Notes under the pieces: model-generated | Told to the model about the DNA's origin: nothing | Database searches by the model: none | What the model saw: only the letters and a program-made list of their open reading frames with translations | Position numbers and translations under genes: made by a program | In this document: positions 49,513-60,488 of the stretch, piece after piece | Numbering within the stretch: the stretch's first letter is position 1 | Layout: every line of letters starts with the position of its first letter | From: a virus | Lineage: Duplodnaviria > Heunggongvirae > Uroviricota > Caudoviricetes | Virus record (IMG/VR): IMGVR_UViG_2881684137_000004 | Location: 128,001-192,000 of that record | Strand: one strand, 5' to 3' | DNA: 64,000 nt

Positions 49513-50739
49513 TTGAACTATTATGACTCTTACAGAGCTAAGTTATCTGTCTCAAAAAGAAAACCAAGAGAGCATTCCATTAATCATATGCAGAAAGTAA
49601 TAAATAGTGGGTATGAAAACTCCATTTCATATGAGGAAGCATACTTTAATAATTCTGACTCATCAACAGGAATTCAAGTTGTAAGCGACACTAAGAATCC
49701 TAGTAAAAAAATCGTTCTTATGAGACCAGGTGAAAAAATAAGTGCTGGAGATTTAATCAAAAGAGAGAACGACAGGGTTTGGTTATGTGTAAGTGAAGAT
49801 GACAAAATAGCCTATAGTAAAGGGTTTATAGAAGAATGCGAAATCAGTTTAAAATGGTTAGACGAAAATGGGGAGTTACAAACACAACCATCCGTTTTCT
49901 ACTTTAACACTCGTTCAAATTTCGGTGAGAAACTTGATAGAGTAATGGCATTACCAGATGGAAGAAGACAAACAATCTTACAGAAGAATGAACACACCTT
50001 GAAATTAAAACGTGGTAAGAGGTTTATTATCGGAGGGGAAGCATTTACTGTTATTGATTTTGACCATGTGAGTGATAAAGGCTTGGTTAACCTCAGTCTC
50101 CAGTCTCATCTAATTAACCCAACAGCAGATAACTTGGAATTAGAAGTGGCCGACTTTTATAATCATGTTTCGAATTATAAATTGAGTATTCTAAACGGTA
50201 ACTTTGCATCAGTTAACGCCGATCAGAAATTGATTATTAATGCACAACTCTCTAATAGAGGTGTAGTAATTGATAAACCGACAATTGAATTCAATGTTAG
50301 TAATGAAGATATTGCTACTATTAATGATGATGGGGTTTTAACACCATTAGACCATGGTATTGTCATCGTCACAGCACACTTCCAAAACCTTACAGCTCAA
50401 ATTCAAGTGAATATTTCACAACTAATTGTTTACAATTATTCGGGTCATATTAATGGTTCTGACAATATCATTGTAGAGACCACAAAAGAGTATTCAGCAG
50501 TGTTTAAAAGAAATGGTGAAACAGTTCAAGATGAGAGTGATTTTTATCTTACAGACTTAGAAGGTAATATCACGACTTTAGCTACGATAACCGACCAGGA
50601 TAGTATACGAAATATATGTAGAATAAAAGCTGGTAAAAAGAAAAATCAATTTTCTACTGAAAAGTTTATTTTGCATGTTAGGAATAAAAGTGGCCTTTCA
50701 GCTAGTCAAAAAGTAATAACATTAAAACCATTATATTAA
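49513..50739 (+). CDS. head-closure/neck protein with Ig-like domain
   Basis: 408 aa; VSNEDIATINDDGVLT..GIVIVTA Big_2-like motif. Confidence 0.65.
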   Translation: MNYYDSYRAKLSVSKRKPREHSINHMQKVINSGYENSISYEEAYFNNSDSSTGIQVVSDTKNPSKKIVLMRPGEKISAGDLIKRENDRVWLCVSEDDKIAYSKGFIEECEISLKWLDENGELQTQPSVFYFNTRSNFGEKLDRVMALPDGRRQTILQKNEHTLKLKRGKRFIIGGEAFTVIDFDHVSDKGLVNLSLQSHLINPTADNLELEVADFYNHVSNYKLSILNGNFASVNADQKLIINAQLSNRGVVIDKPTIEFNVSNEDIATINDDGVLTPLDHGIVIVTAHFQNLTAQIQVNISQLIVYNYSGHINGSDNIIVETTKEYSAVFKRNGETVQDESDFYLTDLEGNITTLATITDQDSIRNICRIKAGKKKNQFSTEKFILHVRNKSGLSASQKVITLKPLY

Positions 50740-50750
50740 GGAGGGCTTTT

Positions 50751-51263
50751 GTGCCACAAAAAATAATTCGGTTCGGGGAACTAAAAATTGAAAAGTTTGT
50801 TGAAGGTATTAATAACTACTGGCTAATTTATGGTGCTCTTCCCAATAGCAGGCAACACTCAAGTGGCATTGATGGTGATATTTCCATTAGCGCTACTCCA
50901 ACTAAAGAAATAATTGATGCTGATTTGGATGTAGCTATTGATCCTGGGGTTAAGTACGTTTATTCCGTTGCAACAGACAATAAAATTAAAATAGCATTTG
51001 ATAAAAATACTCATGCTGATAAAGGTAGCGCTGCTGAAGCGTTGAGGTGTATTAGTATCACTTATGAACTTGGTGAACTAGTAGCAAATGGAAACCTATA
51101 TATTATGATTATTCGAAATAGTTTGGGCGAGGAAGTACATCGAACAACCCCAGTCACACTTGACCAAATCAAAAATATTGCGACCACATTTGATGACACC
51201 CGAGAAACTAGTGTGGGTGGTATACTCACTTATGGCTTTGAACGGTATTATACTGTTAAATAG
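50751..51263 (+). CDS. putative structural protein
   Basis: 170 aa beta-rich, GAGG RBS. Confidence 0.6.
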   Translation: MPQKIIRFGELKIEKFVEGINNYWLIYGALPNSRQHSSGIDGDISISATPTKEIIDADLDVAIDPGVKYVYSVATDNKIKIAFDKNTHADKGSAAEALRCISITYELGELVANGNLYIMIIRNSLGEEVHRTTPVTLDQIKNIATTFDDTRETSVGGILTYGFERYYTVK

Positions 51264-51283
51264 TCTAGAAATGAGGTGCGATC

Positions 51284-51757
51284 ATTTCTGCTCTTAATAA
51301 TCTAGGTCAAGATAAGTTTACAATTATTAAAAGACTTCTCCAAGATCAAAATATTGTAAAAGCTGTTTATAGTCAATCAGCCAACTTTTTAGATGAGCCT
51401 GATATAGAAGATATAGACGAATTAATTTATCATAATATTTTCCCCTATCGCTTCATCCCAGAGAAAGAAGATACAGCCAAAACATATATTCAATTCTCAT
51501 TTCAAAACTACTATCAAGTTAAAAACACATTTAAAACAGGTTTAATCTACTTCTATGTTTTTACACAGCGTAATCTTTTTAGAACAGATTATGGGGTTTT
51601 ACGTACAGATTTTATTATTTCTCAGATTGACAAATTTATGAGTAATAAGAATGGAATTGGCATGTGTAAAACGACATTTCATTCAATGGATGATTTATTC
51701 ATTAATAATGAGTACAGCGGAACAACAATTTCCTATAAACTTTACGACTGGAAGTGA
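51284..51757 (+). CDS. tail completion-like protein with non-canonical ATT start (missed by ORF track)
   Basis: 157-codon open frame (ISALNNLGQDKF..IFPYRFIP..LRTDFIISQID..YKLYDWK) fills the gap; GAGGTG RBS; in-frame TGA at 51272 excludes an upstream start. Confidence 0.75.
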   Translation: MSALNNLGQDKFTIIKRLLQDQNIVKAVYSQSANFLDEPDIEDIDELIYHNIFPYRFIPEKEDTAKTYIQFSFQNYYQVKNTFKTGLIYFYVFTQRNLFRTDYGVLRTDFIISQIDKFMSNKNGIGMCKTTFHSMDDLFINNEYSGTTISYKLYDWK

Positions 51758-51763
51758 TATGCC

Positions 51764-52480
51764 ATAGACAGACTAAAAGCGTATATACACGGAAAGTGCC
51801 AACTTGCTAATGGGGTTGTATTATATTCTCCGACAATAGATAGTATTTCAGAAATTGGTGAAGTGGAATATCATATAAATCTAATCTTGACCACATTCGA
51901 CAAAGAAAAGATATTAGTTAATCTGTTTGGATTTGATGACCTTAAAATGAAGGCTTTTGACTCCATATCTGACTATGACGTTTTAGTTTCAAGTATCGAT
52001 ATTACTAATTACATTTGTCAGGGATTATCATTCTTTTCAAAGAAGGACGTTATTTTTGATGAGAACGAACTTGTTTTTCTTATTGAGGATATCCAATTTA
52101 TATCTAAAGACAACTACAAGGAAGTATCAACACTTATACAAAAACTTAATGGGATTGAAGAGACTAGCACTGATAATATTAAATTTCGTAATGCTAAAGC
52201 AAAGGAAATTTATGAACAGCTAAATAAGGCTAAACAAAAACAAAATAAATCAAATAAAGACTCCTTAGATATTAAAGACATTCTGTCTATACTCTGCCAT
52301 GCAGATGGAAATGGCATCAATATCTTTAATGTTGGTAAGTTAACCATTTATCAGATGTATGAGCATTTTGAAAGACTAAACATAAAAGAATCACACAGAA
52401 GAATACTTCCTGTTTGGGCAAACGGTCATTTAAAGGAAAATGACAAGCTTCCTGAATGGATTGTCAAAACAAAATTATAA
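51764..52480 (+). CDS. tail-associated protein (YomV-like), probable ATA start
   Basis: Frame open from 51758; extension IDRLKAYIHG..YSPTIDSISEIGE reads as coding; LTIYQMYEHF motif. Confidence 0.65.
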   Translation: MDRLKAYIHGKCQLANGVVLYSPTIDSISEIGEVEYHINLILTTFDKEKILVNLFGFDDLKMKAFDSISDYDVLVSSIDITNYICQGLSFFSKKDVIFDENELVFLIEDIQFISKDNYKEVSTLIQKLNGIEETSTDNIKFRNAKAKEIYEQLNKAKQKQNKSNKDSLDIKDILSILCHADGNGINIFNVGKLTIYQMYEHFERLNIKESHRRILPVWANGHLKENDKLPEWIVKTKL

Positions 52481-52497
52481 TTAACGGAGGAATATAA

Positions 52498-53256
52498 ATG
52501 GCATTGGATTTAGGGCGTTATGGCTCAAGAGAAATTCTAAAACTGCAAGTATTTGATGCAGTAACCAGCACACCACTAATGTATTTCGATTACGCTAACA
52601 CAGCTTCGCAAGAATGGTCGTCATCGAGGGTTTATGCTACTGGTGCAGGTGTTCGACGGGTTGCATGGGATGGCGACAAAGAGGAAACTCTGACTGTTGA
52701 AACGCAAATTTTTACTATGCAACACTTGGCAATGATCGCAGGTGAAGAAATTAAAAGCGGCGCAGCCAAAATCTACAAATCTGAGGTGTTGCAAGTTCAG
52801 AGTGGTGGAAAGATCGAACTCAGCAAACCAGCAGTTGGTGGTGTATCATCAATCAGTGTATTTGAATTTAAAAACGGAATTATCACTGATCCTCAAGAGG
52901 TTGAAACCGTTACTGGTACTGATGTGACATTGGCAGCTTCAGCAACGGTAACAACAGGAGACGAAGTGGAAGTGTACTACCAATTCCAGTCCACAAGCTC
53001 CCACTCGCTGCAATTCACTGCCAAAGGCTTCCCGAAATATGTGAAGCTTGTCGGTGACACGCTGTATCAGGATGAGGTTGGTAATGAGGCAGTAGCTGCA
53101 CAAATCGTGTACTACAAAGCAAAACTACAGCCAAACTTTAGTATTGCGATGAGTTCCACTGGTGACCCAACGTCAATCTCGCTCGTTTTCGACTTGTTTC
53201 CTCAAAAAGTGGATGGAGTAGACGTTACAACTGAGATTGTATTGTACGAGGAGTAA
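52498..53256 (+). CDS. major tail tube protein
   Basis: 252 aa, GGAGG RBS, YATG..RVAWDG, STGDP motifs; terminator follows. Confidence 0.75.
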   Translation: MALDLGRYGSREILKLQVFDAVTSTPLMYFDYANTASQEWSSSRVYATGAGVRRVAWDGDKEETLTVETQIFTMQHLAMIAGEEIKSGAAKIYKSEVLQVQSGGKIELSKPAVGGVSSISVFEFKNGIITDPQEVETVTGTDVTLAASATVTTGDEVEVYYQFQSTSSHSLQFTAKGFPKYVKLVGDTLYQDEVGNEAVAAQIVYYKAKLQPNFSIAMSSTGDPTSISLVFDLFPQKVDGVDVTTEIVLYEE

Positions 53257-53274
53257 TAAATAAAAGCGTTTTTG

Positions 53275-53318
53275 ATAAGGTAGACAGGGTGAGTTATTAT
53301 CGCTCTGTCTCCTTATTT
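53275..53318 (+). terminator. intrinsic terminator
   Basis: ATAAGGTAGACAGGGTGA..TCGCTCTGTCTCCTTAT. Confidence 0.6.
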
Positions 53319-53338
53319 AATAAAAAGGAATAATAAAT

Positions 53339-54073
53339 ATGAAAACATTACCTACTGTTACAATTGCAGCACCAATAAGAAATAGAGCATACATTCTAAA
53401 TCAATATCTTCATCATTTACAACAAATCGACTACCCGAAAGAGAGGATCAATATTCATTTTGTTGTAAATGATTCAGTTGATGAATCATTACAAATACTT
53501 TTAAAATTTAAAAAGAACTATGGAAAAGAATATAACAAAGTAGTAATCGAAACATATAACAGGAGAGTACCAGAAGATCGAAGAATATCACACATCAGAA
53601 ATAATTACATTTTTGAGCATTTGAGTGTTATGAGGAATTACATATTATCAAAAGTAAAAACGGATTACCTTTTCTCGTGTGATTCAGACATTTTGGTTCC
53701 TGAAAACATCATACGTAAGCTGCTAGCCCATGATAAAGATATTGTTTCAGGTTTGATTTTTAATGGTTACGTTGACCATGTTGTCCATCCATATGAATCC
53801 ACAAATCTTATGAAATATGACTTTCATGGTAAATTAAATCATGTTAGCAATTATAAAATCATGACAGCAAAAGATAAAAACATCTCAGAACTCTTAGAAG
53901 TTGATGTAACAGGAGCAGTAATATTACTTACTAGTGATGTGTGTAAACAAGCTAAATACGGATGGCACTTTCAAGGTGAAGATATTTATTTCTGCAATCA
54001 AGCTAAAGAAAAAGGTTATAAGATCTACTGTGATATTGGAGCGTTTTGTTCTCATATCATGACTAGCAAATAA
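53339..54073 (+). CDS. GT-A fold (GT2-like) glycosyltransferase
   Basis: IAAPIRN, VVNDSVD, DSD motif, GEDIYFC. Confidence 0.85.
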   Translation: MKTLPTVTIAAPIRNRAYILNQYLHHLQQIDYPKERINIHFVVNDSVDESLQILLKFKKNYGKEYNKVVIETYNRRVPEDRRISHIRNNYIFEHLSVMRNYILSKVKTDYLFSCDSDILVPENIIRKLLAHDKDIVSGLIFNGYVDHVVHPYESTNLMKYDFHGKLNHVSNYKIMTAKDKNISELLEVDVTGAVILLTSDVCKQAKYGWHFQGEDIYFCNQAKEKGYKIYCDIGAFCSHIMTSK

Positions 54074-54085
54074 GGGAGAGAATTA

Positions 54086-55090
54086 ATGAAACAGAAAACC
54101 ATTGTTTACGCTAATACAATTGATTGGGATCATCCACTACAGCAGCGTCCACATCACATAATGAAACTCTTTTCAGAGAATGGTTACAAAGTGTATTATG
54201 TGAATCAAAACAAGCGAACAGATAAGGTCAGAGATCGCATAAATGACAACCTAGAAGTGTATTATGATTTCGACGTGTTTTGTAGACGCGTACCTGAAGT
54301 CGATATTTATTTTTCCAGTTGGAGTTTTCGGTATGTGGATTTAGATAAATTAAAAGCAAAAGTAGTGGTTTATGATTCATTAGATAATTTTGAACAGAAT
54401 GAGCCTGAAGAAATTAACATGATCAAAAGAGCAGACATTTTGTTCACGACAGCAAACACACTTTATGACGTTCGCAAGGAACAGCATGACAATATTGAAA
54501 TCGTGCGTAACGGCTGTTTTGCTGAGTTTGTAAACAAAGAGTATGCAATACCTGCTGACCTAAAACCGTTCAAAGACAGTGGAAAACCAATCATACTTTT
54601 TTCAGGTGCTATGGCTTATTGGTGTGATCTTGAGCTGGTTGAAAAAGTAGCTAAGAAATATCAAGTTATCGTAGTAGGGATGCCATGGGCAATTGAAAAA
54701 ATGCCTGAAGGTGTGCATTACCTTGGTAAGAAAAATTATAATGAGTTGCAGGCATATTATCATCATTGTGATGTAAATTTATTACCATTCAAGCGTTGCC
54801 AAGTAGCCGACTTTTCTAATCCGATCAAAATGTATGAGGCTATGGTACACGGCAAGCCTACAGTTGCAATGGACATTCCAGAGGTGTCTCACTATCCAGA
54901 TGTTGTTTTATCCAGTGGTACTCATGATGAGTTTTTAAATAATGTAGAATATGCACTTCAATTATCTAAATCACAAACCTTTGGTGAATTAGCTAAGTCA
55001 ACTGCAAGACAGAATACTTGGTTACATAGATTCCAGCAGATGGACACTGTAATCAACAAGTACATTTTTGAAAATGGAATTCCACTATGA
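54086..55090 (+). CDS. GT-B fold (GT4/TuaH-like) glycosyltransferase
   Basis: QQRPHH, YDSLD, NG, NPIKMYEAMVHGKP motifs. Confidence 0.85.
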   Translation: MKQKTIVYANTIDWDHPLQQRPHHIMKLFSENGYKVYYVNQNKRTDKVRDRINDNLEVYYDFDVFCRRVPEVDIYFSSWSFRYVDLDKLKAKVVVYDSLDNFEQNEPEEINMIKRADILFTTANTLYDVRKEQHDNIEIVRNGCFAEFVNKEYAIPADLKPFKDSGKPIILFSGAMAYWCDLELVEKVAKKYQVIVVGMPWAIEKMPEGVHYLGKKNYNELQAYYHHCDVNLLPFKRCQVADFSNPIKMYEAMVHGKPTVAMDIPEVSHYPDVVLSSGTHDEFLNNVEYALQLSKSQTFGELAKSTARQNTWLHRFQQMDTVINKYIFENGIPL

Positions 55091-56061
55091 AGCCCTTAAA
55101 CATCTTGTTTACAAATACATGTCCTCTCATTAAATATGGAATGAAATCAGGCTTTGACAATCTTGGACATCGTACATACATTATGGATGACCATTATCGT
55201 TTATGGGATAAAGATAAAGAGATTCAAAATGAGTTGTTTAAACAGGCTATTGAAGAGTACTCCATTGATATCGTATTCACTGAACCATACGCAAATATGA
55301 GTGAAGGTATTTTTAAATGTACTCGTGAAAAAGGGATTTTTCATGTGTTTTGGTCAATCGAAGATACACCTCATGATCATTGGATAGGTGATTATTGGTC
55401 AGATTTTGCAGATTATATATTCACCACAACAGCAGAATGTTTGCCTAATTATTGGAGTAAAGGAAAAAAAGCAGATCTATTGCTGTTTGCTTGTAACCCA
55501 GACTACCATATGAAAACTGCTTCGATAGATAGTTACAGATTTGATTTAATAGTAGTTGGAAACAATTATGAGCGAAGAGAAAGTAAGGTTAAATCTTTTC
55601 TACAACCATTAATTAATAACAATATTAATATGAAGGTGTATGGGAATGAATGGTGGATAGATGAAACAAGGAGTTTCAATTTATTGAAAAGGCCGCATAT
55701 TTATGGAGGATACTTAGCATATGAAGACATGCCTGCTGCCTACTCATCGAGTAAGATTGCATTTGGTTTAAACTTAGATGGTGATTCGTACACCCAGACA
55801 TCGATGAGGATGTATGAAATTCTAGGGTGTGGTGGGGCACTGATGCTTTCTTATCACACTAAAGCCCAAGAGTTGTTATTTCATGATTTAGTTTACCTGC
55901 CAAAAACTCCAGATGAGGCACTACTAATGACAAAAGAAATACTGTCTATGACTGTTAAGCAGAGAGCAGCAAAGGCGAATAAGGCTCAAAAATTTGTTTA
56001 TAAGTACCATAATTACACTAACAGGGCATCACAAGTAATTGATGCTTACAATGGTCGATAA
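55087..56061 (+). CDS. CgeB-like glycosyltransferase
   Basis: WSIEDTP, FACNP..H, VGNNY, YSSSKI..N, SMRMYEILGCGG, HNY..R. Confidence 0.8.
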   Translation: MKPLNILFTNTCPLIKYGMKSGFDNLGHRTYIMDDHYRLWDKDKEIQNELFKQAIEEYSIDIVFTEPYANMSEGIFKCTREKGIFHVFWSIEDTPHDHWIGDYWSDFADYIFTTTAECLPNYWSKGKKADLLLFACNPDYHMKTASIDSYRFDLIVVGNNYERRESKVKSFLQPLINNNINMKVYGNEWWIDETRSFNLLKRPHIYGGYLAYEDMPAAYSSSKIAFGLNLDGDSYTQTSMRMYEILGCGGALMLSYHTKAQELLFHDLVYLPKTPDEALLMTKEILSMTVKQRAAKANKAQKFVYKYHNYTNRASQVIDAYNGR

Positions 56062-56099
56062 TAATTTGAAACAAACAAGTACAAGGGAGAGATTTGTAA

Positions 56100-56609
56100 A
56101 TGGCAAATTTAAAATTAAATCAACTGAAAAATAAAGTAGATAAAAAATACAATGGTAAGAAAAGAATTGATCTTGGTGATAATTTTAAAATTGATATTGA
56201 TACTGTGTTCAAACCTTCTAAAAAGAACGAAGTTTTACATGAGTATGCCTCACTATTTCAAGAGATGTTAAAGAAAAAAACAGTCTATTCAGACAGCAAT
56301 CTCCTGACTGTTATCACGGCATTAATAATTAAAAAATTCACCTCATTGGAGACAGATGCTAAATCATATGAAGAGGTAATCGAAATGATGGAAATTCTAC
56401 TAGACGGTGGCTACCTAAATAAAATAGTAGAAGCGTTAATGGGAGATGAAATGACAGCTTTAATAGAAGAGTTCGGCAAAGTTAATGAGGAAATTACAAA
56501 TCATATTTATAAAGCAGCAGAAGAATTGGAAGAAGAAGCTAATACACTCAAGATCGATGCAGAATCTGTAGTAAATACTGAGGTTATCGACGATGAGCAA
56601 ATCGTTTAA
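56100..56609 (+). CDS. putative tail assembly chaperone
   Basis: 169 aa helical acidic protein, synteny. Confidence 0.5.
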   Translation: MANLKLNQLKNKVDKKYNGKKRIDLGDNFKIDIDTVFKPSKKNEVLHEYASLFQEMLKKKTVYSDSNLLTVITALIIKKFTSLETDAKSYEEVIEMMEILLDGGYLNKIVEALMGDEMTALIEEFGKVNEEITNHIYKAAEELEEEANTLKIDAESVVNTEVIDDEQIV

Positions 56610-57027
56610 GGATTTCGCAACTCTATTCAAACATATAAAAAAAGATTCCTCCAGGACTTTGAAAAAAGAAGTTGCTCCAACGATAACAAATGAAATGTCT
56701 CAGACCATTAAAGAAGTTACATATAAACAATACACTCCAACTTTATACGAAAGAACTGGAGAGCTTGCCAATGTAAAAAATATGCAAGTTGAAATTATTG
56801 ATAACAATACAATCGTTATCACAAATGAACGAAGTGATGGCGGCAGAGATGTAGCTAGGGTTGTAGCAGAAGGCTTAGGATACACATGGGAAAATTCAAA
56901 AATATATAAAATGCAACCATTTGAAAGAAACTTTTATGAAGACACAGTAGAAAGATTAAATGGGAATGGAAAGCATGTTGAAGCAATGAGAAAAGGATTG
57001 ATCAGCATGGGATATACAGTTAAATGA
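56593..57027 (+). CDS. HK97 gp10-like neck/tail protein
   Basis: YTPTLYERTGEL and RNFYEDT motifs. Confidence 0.55.
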   Translation: MSKSFKDFATLFKHIKKDSSRTLKKEVAPTITNEMSQTIKEVTYKQYTPTLYERTGELANVKNMQVEIIDNNTIVITNERSDGGRDVARVVAEGLGYTWENSKIYKMQPFERNFYEDTVERLNGNGKHVEAMRKGLISMGYTVK

Positions 57028-57052
57028 ACGATGAAATTTAGAAGGTGAAAAT

Positions 57053-58039
57053 GTGAGTGAAAAATTAGAAAAAATACCAGATGTAACTCAAGAGGAGTTT
57101 GATAAATTTGATGATTTTAATAAAGAGATACTTGAGGAGTTTTTACAGCAACAACATTTAAGTGAACAAACGCTGTCACAGTACAATTCTGCATTAAAGA
57201 TTTTCTTTAGGTTTGTTTATGAAAAGTGCAGAAATCTTCCTTTGTATGATCTTAAACCTCGACATGCCCTACTTTATCAAAACTTTTTAATGGCAAGAGG
57301 GCTATCTTCAAGTGCTGTAAAGTTAAAGAGATCAGCAGTTTCTTCTCTCTGTGGTTATATTGAAGTGTATAGATCAGATGAATACCCATTATTCAGAAAT
57401 ATATATAACAAGAAAATTCCAAATCCACCAAAGACACAAACACATGAGAAAAAGCCACTAACTGTTGAAGAACTACAATATTTAATTGATGAATTAGAGA
57501 AGCGTCAGGAATGGCAAATGATTGCATATATTCAGTTCAGTTATGATTCAGGTTGCAGGCGAGGTGAAGTTCGTCAATTATTAAAGGAAGTAGTTGATTA
57601 TGCTTATGTAAAGGATCAGAAAACAGGAGACGAAAAAAACTACTATTTAACTCACAATATTCGATGTAAAGGAAGAGGGCGAATAGGCAAGGTAAGAAAA
57701 TTAATTTTCTCAGATGTTTCCAAAGATGCTATTCGTAAATGGTTGAAGGTAAGAAGCGAAGATGACAATCCGTTTGTATTTGTAGTTAAAACAAGAGATG
57801 GCAAGGTAACTCAGGTCTCATTAGGTATATTTAATGATTGGTGCACTAATACTTTTAGCAAAATAATGGGAAGACGCGTACATCCCCACCAGCTTCGTGC
57901 TTCTCGTGCTACGAATTTAGTGGCATATGAAGGAAAAGATATTGAAAAAGTTAAAAATCTATTAGGCCATCAGAGTTCAGAAACCACCAAAATATATGTT
58001 GTAAAAGAAGGCGAAGATGATGTTGACGATCTTTTCTAA
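57053..58039 (+). CDS. tyrosine recombinase (YomM-like)
   Basis: SGCRRGE, KG, HPHQLR, LGH, Y catalytic set. Confidence 0.9.
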   Translation: MSEKLEKIPDVTQEEFDKFDDFNKEILEEFLQQQHLSEQTLSQYNSALKIFFRFVYEKCRNLPLYDLKPRHALLYQNFLMARGLSSSAVKLKRSAVSSLCGYIEVYRSDEYPLFRNIYNKKIPNPPKTQTHEKKPLTVEELQYLIDELEKRQEWQMIAYIQFSYDSGCRRGEVRQLLKEVVDYAYVKDQKTGDEKNYYLTHNIRCKGRGRIGKVRKLIFSDVSKDAIRKWLKVRSEDDNPFVFVVKTRDGKVTQVSLGIFNDWCTNTFSKIMGRRVHPHQLRASRATNLVAYEGKDIEKVKNLLGHQSSETTKIYVVKEGEDDVDDLF

Positions 58040-58048
58040 TCAGGAGGA

Positions 58049-58477
58049 ATGTATTTGAAACTATATAATTACGAATTGAATCCTTTTGTTGAATTTCTTT
58101 TTAATCTAAAGCTCATTGATAAAAAGAGCAGGATGCGTTCACGCTTCATAAACTTACTTTTAGAAAAAGTTAAACAATTGGAACTAGACTATAAAATTCT
58201 CCTTGAGCAATACGGAGAAAAGAATGAAAAAGGTGAATTATTAAAAGTAGATACCGAGGATGGAAAAACTGGATATAAAATTAATGATATTCAATCGTTT
58301 CAGTCTGCAAATCAAGAACTGATGAGCGAAGAAATCATTCTTGAAGTCACAGAAGAACGAAAAGATATGTTTCTAACTGTAATTGATTCTATTCTAAATT
58401 GTGGTATTGAATTTGAGGGAACTGAAGCAGTTCAATATGACCGCTGGTGTGAAATAATCGAGCAAATCCATAATTAA
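58049..58477 (+). CDS. DUF1617-like phage protein
   Basis: FL..LKL..KKSRMRSRFINLL pattern. Confidence 0.6.
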   Translation: MYLKLYNYELNPFVEFLFNLKLIDKKSRMRSRFINLLLEKVKQLELDYKILLEQYGEKNEKGELLKVDTEDGKTGYKINDIQSFQSANQELMSEEIILEVTEERKDMFLTVIDSILNCGIEFEGTEAVQYDRWCEIIEQIHN

Positions 58478-58754
58478 TACTTGCAAACATAACAAGACTT
58501 ATGCGCCATTTATTCTTGCTAGTAATCCACTAAGACATGAATGGCGTTGCTCTTTATGTGGGGAATCCGGCATAGATGTTGCTTATAATATCCATGGTTT
58601 AAATTATTATCAACTACTAAGGTATTTTTCAAAATAACAAAATCATTCTTGAAACAGTCCATGTCTCCAATTAGATATGGGCTTTTTTGCTAATGAATCT
58701 CTGAGAGCAGACTCATACTACTGCTCTTTTATTTTTTCAGAAAGGAGTAGAGAC

Positions 58755-60488
58755 ATGTCAAACGATTTAAGAATCTTAGTAAATGTTGGTGTAAATGAAG
58801 GTAAATCAATTGGTGAAATAAATTCTGCAATTAGCAAAATATCTAAGAGTGACGCATTACGAAGCATAAAGCTAAAGTTGGATATAGATTCTAAAGTTAT
58901 TCAAACTTTAAATGAATTTAGTAAGAACTTGAGTAAAATATCTCAAATCTCCAATACCCAGAATGCGGCTTTGAATGGTGTAACATCTCAAGTTAAAAAT
59001 CAATCGGATGCTTTTGATAAAGCAGCAACATCTGCAAGGAACTATATAAAAGAACAAGAAAGATTATCCAGAATTACTGGTAAACAGACTACAGTTTACG
59101 GTAATCCAAATAATAGCAATAAAACTACTGTTAGTGGTCGGAGTGGTGGAATCCAGGATATTGTTGACTCCTATAATCCTAAAAAGGATTTGGCTGATCA
59201 GACTAAGCTTGCTAATCAGATTGCTGATGGACGGATCAAAGCTCAAGAGAAATTCGAAAAAATGGAAGCAGATTCCCAGAAGAAGCGAATTGAAGCAGCT
59301 CATCGATTAGCAAATGTAGAGAACAAGAGAATAGATGATCGGAAAAATTTAGAACGAGAATACGATCAGTTTTGGCAGAAATCTTTACATAGTCGAACTC
59401 AAGAAGAATTAAAAGTAGCCAACAAACTTGCTAGTGATCGCAAAGCACTCGAACAAAGTGTTGATGAAAGATGGCAAAAGAATTTAAAAGAACGAGAGCA
59501 AAAACAGCAGAATCTTGAACAAGGCAGAATAAAGAATGAGAACCAAGCATGGCATCAGGCTCATTTAGAAAAAGAGAAGCGAGAACAATTCTTACACGGA
59601 CAACGAGTTCAGGATACATACAGAGCTTACAGTTTGGCTCAAGCTGAAGATAAAAAATACAATCAGAAAAGATTGCAAGATGAAATCAGTTTTCAGCAAC
59701 AAAAAGCACGTTTAGAAACAAAATTAGCCGATACAAATAGAAGATTTGGTGCAGACAACAAAATAAAAACACAGGTTAATGAATTAAATTCTGCATTGGC
59801 CAATACAGCTTACACTAAGAATTATCGAAATGCATTAGCAGATATAGACATTCAACTTAAACGAGTTGTGTCCACCGCTAATACGTCAGGATCGCACATT
59901 GATAAATTCTCTCAGCAGATGGGTATTGCTGCTTCAAGGACAATTCAATGGGGTTTGACAATGGGTGTGTTATATGGCTCATTAAACAAGCTAAAACAGG
60001 CTGTTGGTGTCATTCTAGAAGTAGATAAGCAAATTACCACATTGAAAAGGGTAATGAACGAAGATACAAACTTCGAGAAGATGATGCAGGGTAGTATAAA
60101 GATCGCAAATGAATTGGGTAGATCGATAATCCAAGTTAATGATGCAATGACTGGATTTGCAAGACAAGGTTACTCAGAAGATCAAGTATTGGCATTGAGT
60201 AAAACTGCAACGTTAATGACAAACATCTCTGAGTTGTCAGGCGATGAAGCAATGAGTTCGCTCACAGCTGCCATGACAGTATTCAATATTGAAGCAAGTA
60301 ATAGTATGCGAATTATAAATTCTTTAAATGAAGTAGACAACAACTTCGCCATTGGCACTAAAGACCTTGCTATTGCTATGCAAAAATCAGGATCAGTTGC
60401 GAAGACATTCGGCGTAAGTCTTGAAGAATTAGTCGGACACACAGCAGCCATTGGTATTCAAACTAGAGAAAGTGGAAGCATTATCGGT
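58755..60488 (+). CDS. tail tape measure protein, exon 1
   Basis: AAGGAG RBS; TP901-type TMP core (LNEVDNNFA..TRESGSIIG) cut at intron. Confidence 0.85.

Noticed and set aside
56100-58477. Programmed -1 frameshift in a tail assembly chaperone
   Set aside because: No convincing slippery site with an overlapping downstream frame identified
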